A stretch of DNA of 64,000 bases from Chiloscyllium plagiosum (taxonomy: Eukaryota), in contig NC_057710.1 in assembly GCF_004010195.1 (NCBI RefSeq), positions 105,306,338 to 105,370,337 of the forward strand. Direction: 5' to 3'. How positions within the stretch are numbered: position 1 is the stretch's first letter; the number at the start of each line of letters is the position of its first letter. A program made the position numbers and the translations under genes. Below the pieces are notes generated by a model. The model saw only the letters and a program-made list of their open reading frames with translations. It did not search any database and was not told the origin of the DNA. Shown here piece after piece: positions 51,060-61,070 of the stretch.

Positions 51060-54000
51060 TACAAAGAATTCACCTCTGAGTGTAAAGTTTACTCAGAAAG
51101 AACAGAGGGAAAAGGACAAGAAGTTATATTTTTGAGAGATACAGGATCTAACCAGTCTGTCATAGTAAGGGATGAGCGAGTATGCACTCTTTCTGATCTG
51201 TTACCAGAGAGTGTGGTAATTTGTGGGATAGATGGACAGAAATTTAGCATTCCACTATGTAAAATCAGGTTGGAGTCCAAACTCAAGACTGGGGAAGTTA
51301 CAGTGGGAGTGATTGATAGAATGTCAGTTCCAGGAATTCAGTTTGTTCTTGGGAATGATTTGGCAGGATCCAAGATGGGAGTGATACCCCTTGTTGTGGA
51401 GAAGCCAAGAAAGATCAAGAAACTGAGGAGTTAAAACAGAAATATCCTGGTACTTTCCCAGACTGTATGGTAACCAGGTCCCACTATCATAAGCCACCAC
51501 ACGAAGCAAAAGGTAAAGAGAAAGATGAAGGAGTTGAGGTTCAGTTAGAGGATACCATGCTTGAGGTAATGGTGCAGGAAAATCCTAAACAGGCAGAGGA
51601 TCAGACAGAAGTGTTAAGTCCCGAAAGGTGAAGAGACTTGCAACAGCAAGACAAGATGATAAAAGATATATATGTGGATGCGTACTCTGAAAAGGAGGCA
51701 GAGAATATTCTGGAGGGTCATTATCTGCAAGATAGAATCCTAAGATGGAAATGGAGACCACGGCAGGTTAGTGCAGAGGAGAAATGGGCCAAAGTGCACC
51801 AGATTGTGTTGCTGGTAACATACAGACAGGAGGTATTACAGGTTGCACGTGAACTACCTGTAGGAGGTCACCTCGGGGTACGAAAGACTCAGGCTAAGGT
51901 ACAAAAATATGTTTTATTGGCCTGGAATGCACAAGGATGTGGTTAACTTTTGTCGTACATGTTATTCATGCCAAATGGTAGGTAAGTCACAGGCAGTAAT
52001 AAACCCAGCACCTTTGTTGTCAATTCCTATGTTTGAAGAACCTTTCATGTGGGTTATAATTGATTATGTAGGTCCCCTCACGAGAACTAAAACTGAGAAC
52101 CAGTACTTGTTAACCATATTTCTGGAGGCAATTCCATTACAGAGTATCGAGGCAAAAATGGTGGTTGAGGAGTTAGTAGCTTTCTTCACACGGTATGGGC
52201 TACCCAAAGAGATTCCGTTGAACCAAGGATCAAATTTTACTGCTCGGCTGTTTAAGGAGGTTATGTATAGTTTAGGTATACAGCACTTTAAATCCAGTGC
52301 GTATCATCCTGAATCCCAGGGAGCTTTAGAAAGGTGGCATCAGACCTTGAAGATCATGTTAAGAGCAGGATTACCTGAATAATTGGGATAAAAGTATCCC
52401 ATTCATATTGTTTGCCATTAGAGATGCCCCAAATGAATCTACTTAGTTCATTCCCTTTGAGTTCATATTCGGTCATGAATATTGGCCCTTTAAAATTAAT
52501 TAAAGAAAATTGACAGGACCAAAGTTGGAGATCTCACACTTAGATTATGAATCAGAGGTGTGAGAGAGATTACACCAAGTAAGTGAGTTTGCTAAACAGC
52601 ACCTAAAGAGGGGACAGTGTAGAATGAAGCAGCTGGAAGATAAAAGCTCTGAGACTTGAACATTTTCCTGAGGGGATAACGTGTTAGTACTGTTACCAAT
52701 GATAGGAGATCCCTTCAAAGCCAGTTCATGGTCCCTATTAATTTGGGAAAAAAGTTGAGTCAGGTGAACTTTTTAGTAACGATGCCTGATAGAAAAAAAA
52801 GGCAAAGAGTATGTCATGTGAACATGTTGAAACCAAATTATACTAGAGAAGGAACCTGAGAAATAAGTGTTAGTTACTGCCCTGCAGAGGGAGGAATCAA
52901 ATCCAGATGATGTGGATTTTGAGGTGCCTCAAAATAGATTTAAAAATGAAGAGGTCCTTGAGGAGTGCAGTAGGTTAGTAAGCTATCTGTCTCAGGAGCA
53001 GAGAACACAGTTGAAAGATTTGTTACTGTAGTACAAGGACATATGTAAGAATCAGATGGGGAGGACTAATGCTATTGTACATGGAGTAGACGTAGGGAAT
53101 ACTGCTCCGATAAAACAACACCACTATCAGCTTAATCATTTCAAAGCCAGACAGGTCCAGATGGAGGTGGAGGCCATGCTCGACGAAGACATCATTGAAC
53201 CAAGCCAGAGCAAGTGGAATTCGCCAATCATCTTAATCAGGCGGGATTCAATGATTCTGCGTGGGTTATCGGAAGGTCAACGGCGTTACAAAATCAGACT
53301 CATGTCCAATTCCTAGATTGGAGGACTGTACTCAGAAAGTCGGACAAGCCAGCTACATCACCAAGTTGGACTTCATGTGCAGTTACTGGCAGTTACCTTT
53401 CTCAGAGTCGACAAAATAAATTTCTGTATTTGTAACCCCAAATGGGCTATATCAGTGATGCCATTTGGAATGAAGAATGCACCTGCCACATTCCAAAGAC
53501 TCATGAGCAGAGTTTTGGCTGGGTTAACAAACTCTTTGGAAAATGTAGTGATCTCTGGTAAGTCCTGGAAAGATCACATAGTACAATTGGCAGAGCTCTT
53601 TGAATGACTACAGAAAGCAAAACCAGTGATAACCTTAAATAAAAGTGAATTCACAAAAGCAGAGGTGATGTTCTTGGGACATAACATCGATCATGGAAGG
53701 TTGACTTCACAGAACACAAAGACGAAGATCATCGAGGAATTTCCATGATGAACCTCAAAGAAAGAGGTGCTTCAATTCTTAGGACTCAGCGGATTCTATC
53801 GCAAGTCAGTTCCAAACTTCAGAGCTAAAAATGTGTTACAGGAAAAGCGCAGTAGGTCAGGCAGCATTCAAGGAACAGGAGAATTGACGTTTCGGGCATA
53901 AGCCCTTCTCCTGTTCCTTGGATGCTGCCTGACCTGCTGCGCTTTTTCAGCAACACATTTTCAGCTCTGATCTCCAGCATCTGCAGTCCTCACTTTCTCC

Positions 54001-54523
54001 TGTTCCAAACTTCAGCAATGTAGTGGCACTGTTAACCGATTTGCTGAAGAAGAACACAAAGTTTCAGTGGACAGAACAATGCTAGGAGACATTCGACCAT
54101 TTGAAAGCCATATTGATGACCAAACCAGTTTTAGCTACACTAAACTTTTCAAAACCTTTTAAAGTCACCATCGATGCTAGTGACATTGGAGTTGGAGCTG
54201 TAGTCCTACAGGAAGATGAGGATGGGATTGAACTGACAGTTGGTTATTTTTCAAAGAAGATCAACATCCACCAGAGGAAATACTTCACAATCAAAAAGGG
54301 ACCATTGAGTTTGGTACTGACCTTACAGCATTTTAATGTGTATGTCATGAACAATGTGTCAGAGATGGCTGTTTACATAGATCATATTCTGCTTACATTC
54401 TTCGAACACTTTAAAGACAAGAATATGAGACTATTTCATTGGAGTCTTATGTTACAGATTTTTAATTTTAAAATCATACATTTTGCAGGTCGGAAGAATG
54501 TAATCGCAGATGTGTTATCGTAG
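51060..54523 (+). pseudogene. pol: pol in the order protease-integrase-RT-RNase H
   Basis: PR 'LRDTGS' (D at 51138); INT 'GGHLG..CRTCYSC..IIDYVGPL..QGSNF..PESQGALER' (51860-52380); RT 'PIKQ..IEPSQSKWNSP', 'MPFGMKNAPATFQR' (53056-53750); RH 'TIDASDIGVG' (54101-54523). Confidence 0.9.
53823..54001. mobile_element. Fold-back Penelope pLTR mini-insertion inside Gypsy pol
   Basis: 14-bp TSD GTTCCAAACTTCAG at 53809-53822 and 54002-54015; inverted arms; partial hammerhead on the minus strand. Confidence 0.9.
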
Positions 54524-54701
54524 ATTTAACTGATAGAGTTTAGATAAGATTTGTCTTTATTTAATATTTTATCTAAACAGGTATGTGGAAAGAAGTTAGG
54601 GGGAACTTATATTAAAGTTATCTGTGTGTTAGGGTAATGTATTTAAAAAGTAGATTAAAAAATGAAGCCATCTTTTCATTATGATGGTTCGTTTTTTTCT
54701 T

Positions 54702-54712
54702 GGGGGGGGAGA
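54702..54712 (+). promoter_or_regulatory. Polypurine tract
   Basis: GGGGGGGGAGA immediately before the 3' LTR. Confidence 0.8.
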
Positions 54713-55427
54713 TTTTATGAAGCTGTGGGTGTACTGTACCTTTAAGAGAGTTAAACGCTGGTAGAGCTACCTGACAGCACAAGTGTTCTCAACAAGGAAA
54801 CAATGTAACACTTGGTTGAAAGCTAAATTAACTGTTTACCTGGAAATGACAAAACAAATTTGAATTAGGCCAATCAGTTTAAATTATATCCTGAAAAATA
54901 CCAAACTCCAATCCAGTTTGAATTGAGTATATTGACAATCTTAAAAGCCAATGACACAATCTAATGCTTTGAGATGTTCGACTGGAGAAAATTAAACAGT
55001 TGGGAGGAGAACTACCCAGCTACCAGCATGTAAAAAGACTGCCTGAAAAATAGCTCTTTTAAAAATACCTTTATCAATCAGTAACCTGTGAAGCAGAATC
55101 TCTAAGAAGAAGAAAAAAAAACACAGGAAGATGCAAATAGAAGAATCAAAAGCTGCCTGGTTTTGAGATAAGAAGTTTTGTAAATCTTAACTGGGAGTTT
55201 TATCAGACTGGTATTGTGGAAGGGGAAGGTAAATGATAAGTTCAAGGATGGAGTTGTAAATAGTTGTTGGTTAATTATTCTCTATTATACTTTAAGAAAT
55301 AAAGTTGTTAATTTTTACTTTAAATAGTTCTTGGCCTCTCGAACTTTCACAGATTACTACATGGAATAAATCTTTTCTGTGTTGCTGGTTTTAAATTAAG
55401 CAGGAGGGTTTATCCTGTGTTGTAACA
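54713..55427 (+). repeat. 3' LTR
   Basis: Direct repeat of 48854 onward; ends TGTAACA followed by ATAT. Confidence 0.92.
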
Positions 55428-58400
55428 ATATCACAGGTAACAATTAAGCACATGAGCTGGTAATACTTACTAATTTGACTATCTAATATAGTTTACTTTC
55501 AGATTGAAGGTAAATAGCAGAAATATTGACAGGCTACAGACTAAGAGACCCATACAACATTTTCAAAAAATCAAATTAAGAAATAAGTAATGCCAGGTCA
55601 GTTGATGTACTGTAACTGCATGATATGGGAACTAGTGTTACCTATTGTGGTTCATAGTGACCATATGTGCAGCAAGATGACTGCTTAAGCAACTTCGGTT
55701 CAGAGCTGATGAGCTAGAGACAGCCATGGTCAAATGGCAGAGCAGACTAATAAGCTGAATGGCCTAATTCTGTTACTATGTCTTACAGTCGTATGATCTC
55801 ATTCGCAGTGACTCCATGAAAGTGAAAGTGCTTATCCACTGCAACTTCGATTCTACAAAAAGCCTAGAATATTGCAAGTTTTCCAGAAAATGCAGAAATA
55901 CACATTAGCTTACACAGGAGTACTGAATTAAAAAATAAGTATTTTCTAATCCCCCATTGCTAACGACAATGAAATTGTACTGGTATAAGTGCAACATATT
56001 CACATGAGTTCACAGACTTGCTATTTGAAATTTTCAATATAATCCTTGATCCATATTTTGAATAGGGTACAGATTAGCACATTTGATCTAAAGTACCCTT
56101 GTCTGTGGAATGGAAAAACTTAGGTGAGCCAACTTAAGGGTTGTAATTTGTCAAAAATAGGACAGTTATGATGATGACGACATAATAAGGATTCATTAAT
56201 TGGGATATAATGATTGTGGTGAGTGAAAACAGTTGTAAAGAAATTCCAGAGCATTGGAAAACATAATGAAGTTTGGGAAATTTTATATCAAGGAGTGTTC
56301 AAACACAAAATTGGGGCAGAATGCATTCCTGATTCATATCTCAAATTAAAAAAAAACACCCAAAATATGAATAAAATCTATTCTTGGCTGAGCAAACTTG
56401 CAGTTTCATCCTTCTCCAGGTGCTACTCACTGAATGGTTAGCATAGTAACTCATTCCATCTGCTTTGGATTGATATTTTGCTTTGGAAAAGGAATCAGGT
56501 TGCAGGTGGGTAGAAATACACAGCTAAAATCTGTTGAGCCCACCCAGCAATGAAATGACATCACTGGCATGTTTACGAGACTGTTACAGATTTTATTAAC
56601 TTATTCTTCTATTGGTGATTGTAATGAAGTTAGTAGTACAGATAATGGATATAATTAACTGGACTGGAAAAAAGGGGAATGAAATTGGTCTTTGACAAAA
56701 GCATGTACAGAAAATAGCAAATGAGCAACTCGTTTTACAGAACACCCAGCTTTGTTTCCCAATTAAGTCAATTTGATAAACTGTTCAGACTGCTCATTCC
56801 CTGAAGATCAATTCTATCACACCATGAAAATGCAGTGGGCCAGCAAGTGTATCCATCCATTGTGCTATTATCCATTACAGCTCTTTGGGACTGATAACAT
56901 GGCAACTGTCACATCAGACATCTGCTTTGCAGAAAATGAATAGTAGAAACTAAGGTCCAGTAATGCACCTAAAGCACTCAGTGTGCTCCACTGTTAGTGA
57001 TCACCAGGGAGCTAAAAGCCATGACACAAGTTCAGATACTGATTCAATAAACAAATTGAGCACTGAAGCTGCAAGTGGGCACTGATTGGAGTTTACTTTT
57101 GAGTTTTGAAATTGTTGGTTTGTAGCCTAGAGTAAATGGTATTTGCAGGAGCTTATGTCCACATATGGCAGAACACAAAATTCTTGAGAGAAATCAGCAA
57201 TTCCAATGTGAAACCTTTCTACTTTTGGAATTCAGGATGTAGCTAAATATTCAGCAGGAAAACATTCCCCAACAATAAATTACATTTGAAAACAAAAGCT
57301 GCTTGTGACAGACAATTTCTATAATTTGACCAAACTATGCCTCCCAAATGAACAAGAGTGAATACCTTTCAAGTTAATGCAGCATTTTAATTACAACAAC
57401 ATCAAACCATCCTTGTAAAGTTTTAGTTCAATGGGAAGTCAGGTGAAACTATAAGATGGACCTTGCAGAGAGCATTTTAAAGGAGCTGACATCCTGATGG
57501 AAGGTAAATTGAATTATTGCAAAATGTTATGAAGTGTGTTGAAATAGTTTGGAGATGTTGTGATCAGTTCCAGGATCTGTCAGAGAGTATTACGTTCTCC
57601 TTACTGGAATGACAGGAGTGATTGAGTTTTGCTCATTAAGACTGTGAAATGTATGAGGCAGCCATGGCAATGTCTTGAGGTATGCAGGGAAATAGAACAA
57701 GATCTGTGGAGCAGACAAACTGTGCATCACCTGCCAAATTGGTGCTAGATTACTCTGTTCCTCAACAGTGATCTGAGACTGTCCATCAAGCCAATCAAAG
57801 CAGCAAGCACCTCAGTTTACATCCCATTCAGTCCTCCATATAAATACTCAGTACAAAGGGACTTGCACTGTATCACAACAGTCCAGCATGCTGAACTCCA
57901 ACAGATTTTAAAGACTGTCAGATCTCTTGCGATCAGAGTGCCAACATAGTCTGATGCCACAATTGTCAAAGTGGTACAGGGTGGTGAAGCATAACCTCTA
58001 AGATCTTTGGCTTACATCAACAGGCAGAGTAAAATAACAAGCGCCTTCTTTTTCAACCTAAAGGCCTTATTTATTAAATTGAGAGTGTGGAAAAATTAAA
58101 TGCTTTTGACAGTTCCCTTATCAGCCTGCAATTCCAATTAACTTGTCAATTCTACTGATTTTATCTATTTTCATATATATTCATGTCTACGGTTAGTAAG
58201 CCCAAAGGGCACCTGATATGCCCCTGGATCTAAATAAATGATGCAGTGTATCATGGCATCCTAGAAAACTTCTCCAAATATCACCGGTAGCTTCAGACCT
58301 TCTCTGAACAAACCTTTGATATGTTTGAAGAACGTGTCATATTAACAGATGCAGTTAGTTTAGTGGATCATAGACATGCAAAGTAAATTTGATCCTTTTC

Positions 58401-59299
58401 ACATGATGACAAAAGTAGCGGTTGCGAAAATTTAGGACCAGGACCGATAGAATTGGGTTTCTGGCACAATTTTAGCTAAATTGGATACCCTCTTTGTCTT
58501 CATCAAAATTTTACACAGTCTAGATTCAAAACTGGGTTTGAGAATTCAAGAAATAGTTACTATTCCACTATGACACTCCCCATCATGTTTTCACTCAGCT
58601 TTGATACTTATCATTGTGACTATCTCTCATCTCTATGAACAAACAGAAATTTGAAAGAAATGTAAACAGTCTGTCTTCCTGTACTGATTAAAACGCCAAG
58701 TTAGTTTATAAGAATCATGGTGACATTTAGTGTAAATGACTCACATGAAGAAAAACCTTCTAAATGATCTTTTAATAGTATGGATCATTAACCTTAAATA
58801 CATTCTGATATAATCATAACCCTCAATAAGGACAAAAACGTGGCTAAGGCATAGCAATTACAGAATGAAACATGTTGCTTTATTCAAGTAGCTGAATTTA
58901 ATTATTAAACTTGATAAGTGTTTTTAACTAGCTTGTTTTATAAATTATGTATTTTACTCTTGGTTGTGTTCAGATTGCATCAAAGCAATAAAAATACTTT
59001 ATTTTGCTTTATGATATCACATGGAGCATTAGTTTTGGCTTCCCGTTAAATATCTGAGAAATTAATGAAAAAATGTGGATTCAGCAAAGCAATGGATTTT
59101 AAACCTGAGAGACAAATATGAAGCAAGGTAAACAAGGCAAGAAGGGAAGGCAAGTGATACTGTCTACAGCGATAATAACTATTTCTATTTACACTAATAA
59201 ATCAAAATATAACTGGCATCTGCAAAATTGTGGAGGTGTAATTTTATGGGATTGTTACATTTGTAAACTAACATATTTAAAATGAATTAGAGACAGGAC

Positions 59300-59850
59300 G
59301 TTGCTGTGGGTGATCTTAACATGAACATAAGAAAATAAAGCCAGACTATAAAAATATTTTTACGTATGTGAACAAGAAAATATAATTAGTGAGCCTGTTA
59401 TTGGGGAAGACAGGAGAATTTATAGTCCAGAACAGGAAGGTGGGGGGAAACTACTTTGATTATTAAGCAATTCTCAATGCATCCTCCATTATACTATTAC
59501 CCACACAATGATATTGTGTTGGTTTATTAGTGAAGAGATGGTATTTGAAAAGTTAACAGGATCAAAGATTGATAAATCCCTTGCATCAGATTAATTCTAT
59601 CCTAGTGCAATGTTTACATCCTCAAAAAGCTCCAACAAGTTTATTGAACAGAATTTTCTTTCTTTAAGTCCATCTTGACTCTGCCCAAGTTTACCAATTC
59701 TCTCTAATTGTCTGTTTATCCATTGTAATAGATTCAAACATTTTCCTTAAATGGTAATAATTAACTAACAAGCCTGTATTTCTCAATTCTCCTCTCTCTT
59801 ACACATTTGCTACTTTCCGGTCTATGTGAACTATCCTAGAGACTCTGGAA
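59300..59850. mobile_element. Very old CR1 internal fragments (plus then minus)
   Basis: TTTTACGTATGTGAACAAGAAAA and GATAAATCCC..CAGAT, plus reverse SQHGF-region motifs. Confidence 0.5.
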
Positions 59851-60805
59851 AGCTTGTTGGTGAGTGCATGAGAGCAAAAGGTGGGCGTGGAATTTCAGGT
59901 TGATGAGTGGGAGAGGCTTATCGTGACTAGTCAATGGAAGTGAAATGGACCTTTGAAAATCAAGGTGAGACCCAAGGTGAGACCCACAGGTAATTTCCAT
60001 GTTTCAAAAGTACAGGTCATCCCAGCAGCAGACAAACCAGGGCATGGGACACACTGCTGACATGGGATGGTGCAATAAATGCAGGATAGTTGGTCACCCG
60101 GATTCTTTTGACCTAACTGGATATTTCTTCACATTGGACTCTCTGCTATGTTCTCATTTAACCACTTCACAATTTACATCCCTGTAAATTTTTTTGACAT
60201 CCTCTTGTTTTTCTACCTTTACCTGTAAGAACCCTTGAAAACACAATACCTGGTCTTCTCATTAGCTGATTGAAATGATAAATTGGAACTCCAGTTCTCT
60301 GGGTTGTAAGTTTAGTAATGTAAACACTACTCCCAATTATCAAGATCCTCTCTCTGCCACATTAATGGCTGATGCATTTCTTAATTTAATTCACATTCAG
60401 AACAATGCATAAACAGCCTTCTGATCGAATTATAATAGGCTTGTGATTCCAATTGTGCTAGACCCTGAAGATTTCGTTTTGCAAGATACATTTCCAAAAG
60501 AAGCTCTGTTCTGTAAATAATGTTAATTGGAGTTAATCACACAACTGAAAGAAAATATTACCATCAATCTTGGAGATATTAATTGTGCTATAAATGAGAA
60601 TTATCATTTTCTTCAACGTGCAGATCAGGTGAATTATCACCCATAACTTAAAAACTAATCATGTCATTATGAAATTTTAAAGAATGCTGTGAGACAAATA
60701 TGAGTGTGATAATGAGATATAATCTATATATGCAGCTGTAGTTTGTTTTAAAAAATGTATATTTCTTGTAACTCAAGAAATATAATTCATTGGCTGACTT
60801 GACTG

Positions 60806-61070
60806 GATGTGGGTGGTGGGCGTTTGGAACACGTTGCCAGCAGAGGTGGTAGAGGCAGGCACGGTAGATTCATTTAAGATGCATCTGAAAGAAATAGCCA
60901 GTTAGGTCAAAAGAATCAGGGTGACCAACTATCCTGCAATTATTGGGGAGCAGAGGGATACAAATGCTTAGGAATTGACCGACAGGTTTAGACAGTACAT
61001 TTGGATTGGCTCAGGCTTGGAGGGCCAAAGGGCCTGTCCCTGGGCTGTAAATTTTCTTTGTTCTTTGTAT
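60806..61070 (+). mobile_element. CR1 3' end carrying a 57-bp inverted copy of local DNA
   Basis: 'VVGVWNTLPAEVVEAGTVDSFKMHL', then 3' UTR ending TTCTTTGTTCTTTG; insert at 60889-60945. Confidence 0.85.

Larger units (their letters stand above)
48854..55427 (+). mobile_element. Full-length degenerate Ty3/Gypsy LTR retrotransposon of Gmr1 type (INT upstream of RT)
   Basis: Two LTRs, ATAT TSD (48850-48853 and 55428-55431), PBS, PPT, and gag-PR-INT-RT-RH fragments with stops and frameshifts. Confidence 0.93.

Noticed and set aside
59961-59986. 12-bp tandem duplication CAAGGTGAGACC
   Set aside because: Ordinary slippage-scale duplication with no further structure
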